This document shows positions 9,824 to 18,849 of a DNA stretch of 64,000 nucleotides, in pieces; position 1 is the first letter of the stretch, and the number at the start of each line of letters is the position of its first letter. The notes below the pieces were generated by a model. It worked only from the letters and a program-made list of their open reading frames with translations, was not told where the DNA came from and searched no databases. The stretch spans positions 2,752,001-2,816,000 of the forward strand of contig OY969801.1 of NCBI GenBank assembly GCA_963703225.1. Reading direction: 5' to 3'. Source of the stretch: Candidatus Eiseniibacteriota bacterium. Its GTDB lineage: Bacteria > Eisenbacteria > RBG-16-71-46 > SZUA-252. Both the position numbers and the translations under genes were made by a program.

Positions 9824-11128
9824 ATGACGACCAAGCTCGATGAGCCGAAGAGCGCCAAGACTGCCACCCTAACGTTCGACGGGCTCTCCGCTGAGCTGCC
9901 CCTCGTGATCGGCACGGAGCAGGAGACCGCGATCAACATCGAAAAGCTGCGCGCCTCCACCAATCTGATCACTCTCGACCCAGGCTACGCGAACACGGGA
10001 TCCTGTAGGAGCGCAATCACATTCATCGACGGCGAGAAAGGGATCTTGCGTTACCGGGGTTACCCGATCGAAGAGCTGGCGGCGAAGAGCACGTTTCTCG
10101 AGACGGCGTGGCTCCTCCTGTATGGAGACCTACCCACCAACAAGCAGCTCGAAGCATTCACTCGCGAAGTAACCGTCCATACCATGCTTCATCAGGACTT
10201 CGGAAGGTTTTTCGATGCCCTCCCGAAGGACGCCCATCCCATGCCAGTTTGCGCCGCGGCGGTGGGCGCTCTCGCGACCTTCTATCAAGAGCCAGAGAGC
10301 GACCAGCAGGTGCACGACACGATCGTGCGACTGATGGCGAAGATGCCGACCATCGCGGCGTACTCATACAAGCACTCCACCGGACAGCCCTTCATGTACC
10401 CAATGAATCGCCTTGACTATGTTTCGAACTTCCTGCGGATGATGTTCGGCATCCCGTGCGAGGAATATGAGGTTGACCCGGTCTTCGCCCGCGCGCTGGA
10501 CCTCCTCCTCATCCTGCACGCGGATCACGAACAGAACTGTTCCACGAGCACGGTCCGCATGGTCGGAAGCTCCATGGCGAACCTCTACGCGAGCATCGCC
10601 GCGGGCATCAGTGCCCTCTGGGGACCGCTTCACGGCGGGGCGAATCAGCAGGTCATCGAGATGCTCGAGAGAATCGCGGCCGAGGAGGGTAGCGCCGATC
10701 GCTTCATCGCAAAGGCCAAGGACAAGAACGACATGGCCCGGCTCATGGGGTTCGGACACCGCGTCTACAAGAGCTACGACCCCCGTGCCGCTATCCTCAA
10801 AAAGACCTGCACCGACGTGGTCGGACGGGTGGGCGGTGGCCGCCTCCTGGAGATCGCGATGCGCTTGGAGGAAGTGGCTCTCAGTGACGAGTACTTTGTG
10901 AGCCGGAAGCTCTACCCCAACGTCGACTTCTATTCGGGCGTGATTTACAAGGCTCTCGGTATCCCGGTGAACATGTTCACGGTGATGTTCACGATGGGCC
11001 GGCTACCAGGCTGGATCGCGCAGTGGCTCGAGATGCGGCGCGACAAGGACTTCCGCATCTCCCGCCCTCGGCAGATCTACGTCGGATCGCCGAAACGGAT
11101 GTACGTGCCGCTGGCCGACCGAGGCTGA
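9824..11128 (+). CDS. gltA: Citrate synthase
   Basis: ILHADHEQNCST, GPLHGGAN, LMGFGHRVYK, LYPNVDFYSG; SD AGGAGG. Confidence 0.97.
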   Translation: MTTKLDEPKSAKTATLTFDGLSAELPLVIGTEQETAINIEKLRASTNLITLDPGYANTGSCRSAITFIDGEKGILRYRGYPIEELAAKSTFLETAWLLLYGDLPTNKQLEAFTREVTVHTMLHQDFGRFFDALPKDAHPMPVCAAAVGALATFYQEPESDQQVHDTIVRLMAKMPTIAAYSYKHSTGQPFMYPMNRLDYVSNFLRMMFGIPCEEYEVDPVFARALDLLLILHADHEQNCSTSTVRMVGSSMANLYASIAAGISALWGPLHGGANQQVIEMLERIAAEEGSADRFIAKAKDKNDMARLMGFGHRVYKSYDPRAAILKKTCTDVVGRVGGGRLLEIAMRLEEVALSDEYFVSRKLYPNVDFYSGVIYKALGIPVNMFTVMFTMGRLPGWIAQWLEMRRDKDFRISRPRQIYVGSPKRMYVPLADRG

Positions 11129-11194
11129 TCCCGGAAGGCCCCATGGGCTGGGTGGGAGCGCGAGGGCGCCGACGTCCCGTGCGGGGAGACTCTC

Positions 11195-12568
11195 ACGGGG
11201 CCTGACACCAGTCACCGCTCACTCGAAGGCCTGCACGCCACGGTGGCTCTGCCCCGCACGGAGGCGGGGTTCTGGCGGCAGCTGCGCGCCTTTTCGGGAC
11301 CAGCAATCCTCATCAGCGTCGGCTACATGGACCCCGGAAATTGGGCGACAGACCTACAGGGCGGCGCGCAGTTCAAATATGGATTGCTCTGGGTCGTCGC
11401 GCTCGCAAGCGTGATGGCGATCTTCATGCAGGTGATCTCGGCGCGCCTTGGCGTGGTGACGGGGAAGGACCTGGCCCAGTGCTGCCGCGACTGGTTTCCG
11501 CGGTGGACGCGACTGCCCAACTGGCTGCTCTGCGAGATCGCGATCGGAGCGTGCGACCTGGCAGAAGTGCTCGGCAGCGCCGTGGCGTTGAATCTCCTGT
11601 TTCGCATCCCGCTGCTGTGGGCCGTCATAATCACCGGCCTGGACGTCCTGCTCCTGCTCGGACTGCAGCGAGTCGGCATGCGCACGATCGAAGCCATCGT
11701 CCTGCTCCTCGTCGCGACGATCGCCGGCTGTTACTTCATCGAGATATTCGTTCTGCCGCAGACGCATCCGAGCTTCCTGGAGATGGGGCGAGCGCTGGTG
11801 AGCCCGAACTTCCGGCAGGTCGGGATGATCTATGTGGCGATCGGGATCATCGGCGCGACCGTCATGCCCCACAATCTCTACCTCCACTCCGCACTCGTAC
11901 AGAGTCGCGATTTGCGGAAGGACGAAGCCTCCGTCCGGCAAGCTATCAAGTTCAATACCATCGATTCGGCGGCGGCCCTGACCATCGCGTTCTTCGTCAA
12001 TGCGAGCATCCTGGTGCTTGCGGCAATGGTCTTCTACGGAAAGGCGAACGTCGCTCTGCCGAGCGGACAGCAGGTGGCGTTTGAGGGCACCACCGATTGG
12101 ATCCGGATCGCGTACTTGACGCTTGCGCCGCTGCTCGGAGTTGCTGCAGCCAGCCCCTTGTTCGCGATCGCGCTGCTCGCGAGCGGCCAGAGCAGTACGA
12201 TCACCGGCACGCTCGCGGGGCAGGTGGTAATGGAAGGCTTCATGCATTGGAGGATCTCGCCCTGGGCGCGGCGGTTGGTCACGCGGGCGCTGGCAATTCT
12301 GCCAGCGGTGTTGATCGTCGGAGCGCGGGGGGACAGCAGTGTCACCGACCTCCTGACTCTCAGCCAAGTCGTTCTCGCGCTCCAGTTGCCGCTCGCCATG
12401 TTCCCACTGCTGCTCTTCACCGGTTCACGCAAGCGGATGGGCGCCTGGAGGAATGGCTGGATCCTCCTGATCGCGGGTTGGAGCTGCGCGTTGCTGATCA
12501 CGGCCCTGGACCTTTGTGGACTGCCCGACTCGCTCAAATCCGCCTGGCACGTCATCACGGGTGGATAA
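11195..12568 (+). CDS. mntH: Nramp-family Mn2+/Fe2+ transporter
   Basis: GYMDPGNWATD, MPHNLYLHS, GQSSTITGTLAGQVVMEGF. First canonical start is GTG 11243, but the SD favours ACG 11195, so the start is uncertain. Confidence 0.93.
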   Translation, partial: TGPDTSHRSLEGLHATVALPRTEAGFWRQLRAFSGPAILISVGYMDPGNWATDLQGGAQFKYGLLWVVALASVMAIFMQVISARLGVVTGKDLAQCCRDWFPRWTRLPNWLLCEIAIGACDLAEVLGSAVALNLLFRIPLLWAVIITGLDVLLLLGLQRVGMRTIEAIVLLLVATIAGCYFIEIFVLPQTHPSFLEMGRALVSPNFRQVGMIYVAIGIIGATVMPHNLYLHSALVQSRDLRKDEASVRQAIKFNTIDSAAALTIAFFVNASILVLAAMVFYGKANVALPSGQQVAFEGTTDWIRIAYLTLAPLLGVAAASPLFAIALLASGQSSTITGTLAGQVVMEGFMHWRISPWARRLVTRALAILPAVLIVGARGDSSVTDLLTLSQVVLALQLPLAMFPLLLFTGSRKRMGAWRNGWILLIAGWSCALLITALDLCGLPDSLKSAWHVITGG

Positions 12569-12600
12569 ATTGGCGTGGAAGGTGAAAGAGGAGTGCGCGC

Positions 12601-13032
12601 GTGTATAAGACGATCTTGGTGACGCTCGACACCACTCCGACCGATCGGACCATCATCGAGCACATCAAGCAGCTGGCAACGATCATGAAGAGCGGCGTTG
12701 TGTTATTTCACGTCGCGACCGGCGTGCCCGCCCAGTTCCGCGGTGCCAATGCCGGAGGCGAAGAGGTCGAGGAGGACCAAGCTTATCTCGACCGAGTTCG
12801 GGGCGAGTTCGAGTCCGCAGGCATTCCGGCTCGGGCAGAGCTCGCGTTCGGCGATCCGGTCCGTGAGATCGTCAAGAGGGTGAACGAGAACGACTGTGAC
12901 ATGGTGGCGATGAGCACCCACGGGCACAAGTTCGTCGCCGACCTGATCCTAGGTACGACTGCCAACCGGGTTCGGCACAGCGTCAGTGTGCCGGTGCTGC
13001 TGCTGCGCGGGAGATCTTCCCACGCGGGCTGA
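12601..13032 (+). CDS. Universal stress protein (USP)
   Basis: MYKTILV...GDP..EI...MSTHGH...LG. Confidence 0.92.
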   Translation: MYKTILVTLDTTPTDRTIIEHIKQLATIMKSGVVLFHVATGVPAQFRGANAGGEEVEEDQAYLDRVRGEFESAGIPARAELAFGDPVREIVKRVNENDCDMVAMSTHGHKFVADLILGTTANRVRHSVSVPVLLLRGRSSHAG

Positions 13033-13104
13033 GGAACCTACGCTATTGGGGCAGGTCTGCCAGGCTCAAGTCCCAAGGGCTCGCGTGAGGGAGCCGCGCC
13101 GCCC

Positions 13105-13539
13105 TCACCAGACCACCTCGCGCGCGATCAGTCGGTCACCGGCCTGAATCTGGATCCAGTACGTTCCGGCTGCTACCTCGCGGCCGTATCGGTCACAACC
13201 ATCCCAGATAATCGGGTGGGCGCCGCCACCGAGTGTCCCGTAGTCTCGGTTTGCCACACGGCGCCCACCCATATCGAATACGTTCCACCTGACCGCCGCA
13301 GGACCTCTCAGGTCGAGACGAAGGGCCAAAGCCGACCCCGGGGTCGGCAGCGCTGCGAAACGCGGCGCGGGCGCCACGGCCTCCGAGCGATTGGCGAGGA
13401 TGTAGAACGAGAACTCACCCGGCTGACCATGGGCGGGCCGCGCCAGCAATAGCAAAGCGAGCCCCGATGTCAAAATCAGGAGGAAGATAACAACCGCTGG
13501 GCGAAACGCGAGCGATTGCCGCACCCTACGCCTCCGCAT
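13105..13539 (-). CDS. Small secreted protein consisting almost only of a FlgD-Ig/T9SS-like C-terminal domain (possibly a remnant)
   Basis: Signal peptide, short linker, VFDMGGRRVA...WDGCDRYGREVAAGTYW. Confidence 0.6.
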   Translation of the reverse strand: MRRRRVRQSLAFRPAVVIFLLILTSGLALLLLARPAHGQPGEFSFYILANRSEAVAPAPRFAALPTPGSALALRLDLRGPAAVRWNVFDMGGRRVANRDYGTLGGGAHPIIWDGCDRYGREVAAGTYWIQIQAGDRLIAREVVW

Positions 13540-13659
13540 GTCGTGCCGGCATGGGACCCCACCCTCCGCCGGGAGGTGGCGCTCTCGGCGGAGGGGGAAA
13601 CGCTAAGGACGAATCGTCAGCATGAGCAGAGACCGTGCCGACGCAACGCTCGGACGATG

Positions 13660-13688
13660 AATCTTGTAACCGATTGCATCCACGTCAA
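13660..13688 (-). promoter_or_regulatory. Putative sigma70 promoter with a LacI-family operator in the spacer
   Basis: TTGACG-N17-AAGATT on the minus strand (weak -10); TGTAACCGATTGCA at 13665-13678 fits TGNAANCGNTTNCA. Confidence 0.5.
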
Positions 13689-13799
13689 TTTCGGAGACGC
13701 CGCCGGATCGTACTTGAACCGTGGAGAGCGAACGATGCTGCCATCCTGTCAGGGAGGGCGACGGACGCGACCGTATCGCGGCTGAAGGGAACGCGAGGG

Positions 13800-14660
13800 T
13801 CAAGACGACTGCCGCTCGAGCGCCGGCGCCAGCCAGCCTTGAAGGGGCACGATCCAGAGAAGCCCAGCCAACGCGTCCACCGCGTAATGGTTCCGTGTAT
13901 AGACGGTCGCCAGCGCTACGGCCAGAGCAGCCAGCGTGAGCGCCGCGGACCACCTCCTCGAGAGCCACCGCCAGCCGAGCCACGCGATCGTGGCGGCTCC
14001 CGCGACGTGGGAGCTGGGAAACGCGGTGCCCGGAGAGTCCCCGGTCGCCCGAGCCCGCTCGACGAGAGTGTGGAAGAAGCCGTCGGGGGCCGCCGCGAGT
14101 GATGCCGCGCCAGCGGCCCGAGGCCCGTAGACCGGAAACGCCAGGTAGAACACAAAACAACTGAGGTACGTGATGATCAGAGCCAGCACGACCGATCGAA
14201 ACGCCCGGAGCCCACGCCGGAATCCGATGGCCAGTGGCGGGATCACGAGGAGCAAGTAGTAGAGGAAATAGGCGAAGTACATCGCCTCGCTCAGCCAGCG
14301 ACCCGGCATCACGCTCATCCAGGTCTCGTGCCAATGAACTCCGAAGATGGCGAGGTCGAGACGCTGTACGAACAAGTCGTGCGGCCGTGTGCCGCGGAGG
14401 GCCTGAAGCGGACCCAGCTCGGCCCAGAAGAGGGCCAGGCCGATGAGCGGGTAGCTGTCGCGGAGCGCACGCGCGCGGGGAGACGCGGGGGGAAGGCCGC
14501 GCAAAAGCCAGGGCAGGCCCGCCGCCGCCGCGTGTGCCAGCGCGGGCCAGGGCGCTCCCGCGACGCGAGACGCGAGCCCCAACCAGACCACGGCGAGGAC
14601 CGCGTTGTACGACGCGACGATCCAGTCTACGGGGTAGATGACGCCCTTCGCTCCGCCCAT
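13800..14660 (-). CDS. PAP2-superfamily membrane phosphatase/phosphotransferase (Aur1/IPC-synthase-like)
   Basis: FPVYGP, AFPSSHV, TVYTRNHYAVD; multiple TM segments. Confidence 0.88.
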   Translation of the reverse strand: MGGAKGVIYPVDWIVASYNAVLAVVWLGLASRVAGAPWPALAHAAAAGLPWLLRGLPPASPRARALRDSYPLIGLALFWAELGPLQALRGTRPHDLFVQRLDLAIFGVHWHETWMSVMPGRWLSEAMYFAYFLYYLLLVIPPLAIGFRRGLRAFRSVVLALIITYLSCFVFYLAFPVYGPRAAGAASLAAAPDGFFHTLVERARATGDSPGTAFPSSHVAGAATIAWLGWRWLSRRWSAALTLAALAVALATVYTRNHYAVDALAGLLWIVPLQGWLAPALERQSS

Positions 14661-14670
14661 GGCGTGGAGG

Positions 14671-15981
14671 CTACCTGTCCGCGCCGCCGGCTCGAACAAG
14701 TTCACTGGGACGCACCACGGTTCCCCGAGTCTCCGGGAGCAGCCACACCCACGCGCCGGTGAAGATCGCGAAGAAAGCGGCCAGGGAAATTCCTCCGGCG
14801 AGCCCGTGCCGTGCCGCCACGTGCGTGATGATGAGCGGCGTAAAGAACTGCGCGCCGCGCGCCAGATTGAAAGCCGTACCCATGGCGGTACTCCGTATCT
14901 TTGTCGGGAAGATCTCCGTGAAGATGGGCCCATAGCCGGAGAAGTTGCCGGTACCTAGCCCCACCAGGAACATGAAGCAGAGCGTGAGCCACGGCCACGC
15001 CGCGATCGCGCCCCAGAACCAGGTCACCGCGAACAGCCCTACGGCCCAGATCAGCGAGTAGGTCGAATAGGCGAAGCGCCGCCCGCGCGCATCGGCGACC
15101 GCGCCGAAGCTCAGGTAGCCCACCACGCCGCCCGCCTGCGTCACAATCATCCAGATCCCCGACTTCGCCATTGAAAAGCCGAGCTGATCGTAAAGATATT
15201 TCGGGAGCCAGGAGTAGGTGAACCAGTAGGCGGACATGTCCGTGAAGGCGAGGACCAGCCCCAACGCGAACAGCCGTCGGAGAGCGCTCGAAGCAATGAT
15301 CTCACCGAACTGGCTCCGCTCGCCCGCCTTCGCGACTGCCCGGCGGGCCAGCCAGACATCCGACTCGGGCATGTGTCTGCGGATCAGGAACACGAGCAAG
15401 GCCGGAAGCACCGAAAGGAAAAAGCAGGCCCGCCAGCCCCAGTCGGATCCAAACGCGTTGGAGAACGCGGGCGCCACGAACCCACCCACGACTGAGGCGA
15501 GCGCGATCCCGAGCGGCGCGCCCGTTTGCATCACGGCGGCGTAGCGCGCCCGAAGCCTGGCGGGGAACGTTTCTCCCACCAAGGTCTGGCCGGTCGCCCA
15601 TTCCCCACCCACACCCAGGCCTGTCAGGATCCGAAACACGAGAAGGGACGTGAAGCCCGCAGCGGTACCGCATAGGAAGGCCCCGATCGAGTAGACGAGA
15701 ATCGTCCAGGAAAGAACGGCCTTTCTTCCAAAACGATCCGCGAGATAGCCGAAGAGGATTCCTCCCACCGCGGTGGCTGCGAGCGAGGCCCCCAGCAGGA
15801 GCGAAAGAGAAACATCACTCAGGCCGAGCGTCGTTCGTATGGGGACGAGGAGGAAGGAGAAGAGCAGAAGATCGTAGAAGTCGAACAGCCATCCCGCCCA
15901 GGACATCGCCAGAATGACGAAGTGTGGCCGGGAAGGTTGGTCGGCTTGGTTCAGGAAACGGGTGACCGGCGCCTCCGACAC
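14671..15981 (-). CDS. MFS transporter
   Basis: GYLADRFGRK, RILTGLGVGGEW, EIFPTKIRS; 12-TM pattern. Confidence 0.95.
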   Translation of the reverse strand: MSEAPVTRFLNQADQPSRPHFVILAMSWAGWLFDFYDLLLFSFLLVPIRTTLGLSDVSLSLLLGASLAATAVGGILFGYLADRFGRKAVLSWTILVYSIGAFLCGTAAGFTSLLVFRILTGLGVGGEWATGQTLVGETFPARLRARYAAVMQTGAPLGIALASVVGGFVAPAFSNAFGSDWGWRACFFLSVLPALLVFLIRRHMPESDVWLARRAVAKAGERSQFGEIIASSALRRLFALGLVLAFTDMSAYWFTYSWLPKYLYDQLGFSMAKSGIWMIVTQAGGVVGYLSFGAVADARGRRFAYSTYSLIWAVGLFAVTWFWGAIAAWPWLTLCFMFLVGLGTGNFSGYGPIFTEIFPTKIRSTAMGTAFNLARGAQFFTPLIITHVAARHGLAGGISLAAFFAIFTGAWVWLLPETRGTVVRPSELVRAGGADR

Positions 15982-16192
15982 GCGCCAACGCTACCGCAAT
16001 GCGGGCTCGAATGCACGGACGGTGGGGTGCCTCCTTCCTGCGCCGAAGCGTTGATTCGGAATGACTTACTCGGATTTCATGCCGCTGTAGGTGCGCCCTG
16101 CCCTTGCCGATAGATTGTTGGGTGCTCGGGCTATGACTGGCCCCGGGACTGCCTCCCCCGCCCCCTGATCCGTTCGGCCCTGGAGTACGCGC

Positions 16193-17806
16193 GTGAAGAA
16201 ACGCCGGCTTTACATGACGCGGGTCGCTGCGCTTGCGGCGCGCGTGGCGAAGTTCCTGCTCAAGAGCCAACTCCTGACGATCCTCCTGGTGCTCTGCGCC
16301 GTGGGCTATTGGGCCGGAACGCAGGCACGTCCCGAACCCGGGGCGGTCCCGTTCGAAGAGCTGTTCGAGAACCTCAGCGTCCTCTCATACCGCGAGGCGC
16401 CGTCCGATTCGACCGCTCGGTTCGTCGTCGAGCTCGCCGCCCGCGGCCGGGTGTTCCGGCAGTACGACATCGACTCGCGCCGCTTCCTGGAGCCCGTGCG
16501 AGGGAACGACTACCGACGCTCCATCACCGGCACGCGATACCGTCCCCTGAATGTCCGGGGACACGTGAATCGCGGCTTCTGGTTCGAGCTGCCCAGCGCA
16601 CCCACGCTGCCGGTCCGCTCGGACCAGTTCGAGGAGCTCTATCGCTCGACCCTCGAATACCTCAGGCCGGCCGCGGTCACCGCCTCCGTCCTCGCAGCCC
16701 TCTCCGGATATTCCACGGGATACCGAATGGCCATCTGGAGTGGCTCCTTGAGCAATCCCAAGGTGCAGGATCGCGTGCTCGCTGCGCCGGGCATTGACCG
16801 GATGATCGCGCGAGAGGCATGGCGGCGCGTACTCCTCGAGCCGGTCCTGGTGGGGCACGAGAGCGACGCCGCGCGATTCGCCTCGGTGCGTGGAACGCAG
16901 CGCATTTACACCAACTTTTTCAGGCTGGCCCTGAACGACAGTGACAGCTTCATTCCTCGTGAGGCGGCCCGCCTGGATTCGGCGGGGCACCGGCGCGAGG
17001 CGCGCTCCATGCTCGCCTTCGCGCGGGCGGTACAGCGGGCGTCTCAGGACACGTGCTATCTCGCGAACGAGGACTTCGCGGCCATCGAGGAATGGGCGAG
17101 CCTCCTCGACCGTCGCGGACACTGGGCCGAGGGCGCCACCCCGCCGCCTGGCGATGAGCGGATGAAGTACCTCGGCACCCTGGCCTGGTACGGTGTTGCC
17201 CCCACACCATCCGGCGAGGGGCGCATCTGGGTCGGACCCCGCGTGCTTGTCCGCGTCGGGGAGACGGAGGGTTTCGTGGCCGACGAGATTCCCCTGACTC
17301 CGGTGGGCTGCCCGATCGCGTGGCGGGAGTGGCTTCGAGACGACGGCTTGAGCCTGAGCGCGAACGCCTGGACCGCACAGTGGATGGGGGAAATGAAACA
17401 GTTCAAGCCGATCGTGCTGGCAGGACGCTCCGTGGTCCGGTGGCTCGGCGGTACCGGGGAGCGCAGCGAGCCCGTTCGGCTCGCGCGCCCCGACCTGCCT
17501 CCACGCACTCCCCCGACCCGGAGCGACGAAAGCCCGGATCCCGACCCGTTGGCCACAGGCAATGGCGCGTCCCCAATGGGTCGTCCTTCGCTGCCCTCGA
17601 CGGGTTCGGATCTTGAACGCCCGGATTCCACGGGCTCAGCCAAAGGCTTCCACTTGCGGGGTGTCGATTCCCGTGCGGGTTTGGAGTTCGCCGGGCAGGC
17701 TGGGGATTCTCGCAGGAAGGCCATCGACTCAACGGGACACTCGTCAGACTTTCCGGTCGTCAAGGGCGAACAGGTCGGGGCCCGCGTCGGTCCGACGCGG
17801 GAGTGA
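16193..17806 (+). CDS. Membrane-anchored hypothetical protein (537 aa)
   Basis: Long ORF with GC-type codon usage, N-terminal TM, low-complexity tail; no family recognised. Confidence 0.65.
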   Translation: MKKRRLYMTRVAALAARVAKFLLKSQLLTILLVLCAVGYWAGTQARPEPGAVPFEELFENLSVLSYREAPSDSTARFVVELAARGRVFRQYDIDSRRFLEPVRGNDYRRSITGTRYRPLNVRGHVNRGFWFELPSAPTLPVRSDQFEELYRSTLEYLRPAAVTASVLAALSGYSTGYRMAIWSGSLSNPKVQDRVLAAPGIDRMIAREAWRRVLLEPVLVGHESDAARFASVRGTQRIYTNFFRLALNDSDSFIPREAARLDSAGHRREARSMLAFARAVQRASQDTCYLANEDFAAIEEWASLLDRRGHWAEGATPPPGDERMKYLGTLAWYGVAPTPSGEGRIWVGPRVLVRVGETEGFVADEIPLTPVGCPIAWREWLRDDGLSLSANAWTAQWMGEMKQFKPIVLAGRSVVRWLGGTGERSEPVRLARPDLPPRTPPTRSDESPDPDPLATGNGASPMGRPSLPSTGSDLERPDSTGSAKGFHLRGVDSRAGLEFAGQAGDSRRKAIDSTGHSSDFPVVKGEQVGARVGPTRE

Positions 17807-17908
17807 GGGCCTGGCCGCGGGGCGGCCCACTCTGTTCGAAATCCATCGTTCCACGCATCGCGCCGACTGCTGACAAGGGGCTCCCAGGCGACTAGACTGG
17901 GAGGCCGG

Positions 17909-18808
17909 ATGGCTTCCCCGGCCGAAATCGACTTCACCTACACGCTCACGGACAAGCTCTTCCGGCTCAGCATCGGGGAGCTCGGTGACTTCAGCGGCGC
18001 GAAGTACGATGGAGATGCTTCGCTCTCGCTCGAGCAAGCCCAAGCCCGAAAACATGCGTTCGTCGTGGAACAGCTCCGCGTCCCGGGCGGAGGTCGGGTC
18101 CTGGACCTCGGATGCGGCTGGGGCGGGATGCTGGCGTACTTGCGCGACCATGGGATACGGGGCGTCGGGGTCACCCTCTCCAGGGGCCAGCTTCAGGCAT
18201 GCCGCCTTCACGGACTCGACGCGCATCTGCTCGATGCACGCACCGTCACCCCCGAAATGTTCGGGAGCTTCGATAGGGTCGTGAGCCTCGGCGCCTTCGA
18301 ACACTTCTGCTCTATGGATCAGTATCGTGCAGGTGAGCAGGACCGGATCTACTCCGACCTCTTCCGAAACATCGCGGCGCTGATCCCGGCGGACGGCCGC
18401 TTCTTCCTGCAGACCATGGTGTTCGGAAGGAACATGATCCCCTTCGAGGAAATCGACGTCCACGCCCCACGGCTCTCCGATGCGCATGTGCTCGGGCTGC
18501 TCGAGAAAACCTTCCCCGGCTCATGCCTTCCCCAAGGGGCGGAGCAGGTGGAGCGATGCGCCGAACCTCACTTCCGTCTCGTGGCGAAAGAGAATGGCAG
18601 ACGCGACTACATCGAAACGATCAAGGAATGGAGGGGCCGCTTTGGGAGGTGGGACTGGCGAAAGGCGCTCCTCTACGTGACGCTGATTCCCTGGTACGTC
18701 CGGAGCGCCGACTTCCGGTACGCGTTCGTTTCCGGAATCAGCGCCAACACGATCGCCTTCGAGCGGGAGCTCTTGGATCACTTCCGATTCGTGTTCGAGC
18801 GGCGTTAG
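17909..18808 (+). CDS. Cyclopropane-fatty-acid/mycolic-acid synthase family methyltransferase
   Basis: LEQAQARK, VLDLGCGWGG, GVTLS, FDRVVSLGAFEHF; SD GGAGG. Confidence 0.88.
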   Translation: MASPAEIDFTYTLTDKLFRLSIGELGDFSGAKYDGDASLSLEQAQARKHAFVVEQLRVPGGGRVLDLGCGWGGMLAYLRDHGIRGVGVTLSRGQLQACRLHGLDAHLLDARTVTPEMFGSFDRVVSLGAFEHFCSMDQYRAGEQDRIYSDLFRNIAALIPADGRFFLQTMVFGRNMIPFEEIDVHAPRLSDAHVLGLLEKTFPGSCLPQGAEQVERCAEPHFRLVAKENGRRDYIETIKEWRGRFGRWDWRKALLYVTLIPWYVRSADFRYAFVSGISANTIAFERELLDHFRFVFERR

Positions 18809-18849
18809 GGCGACGCGTCTAGGACCGCTCTGCTCGGCGACGAGGCGCC

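Noticed and set aside
11126..11245. gltA TGA is in frame with mntH and followed by a hairpin (readthrough or selenocysteine fusion)
   Set aside because: GltA ends at its normal C-terminus, the hairpin loop lacks a clear bacterial SECIS G/GU, frame sharing has a 1-in-3 chance, and the SD+ACG start explains mntH
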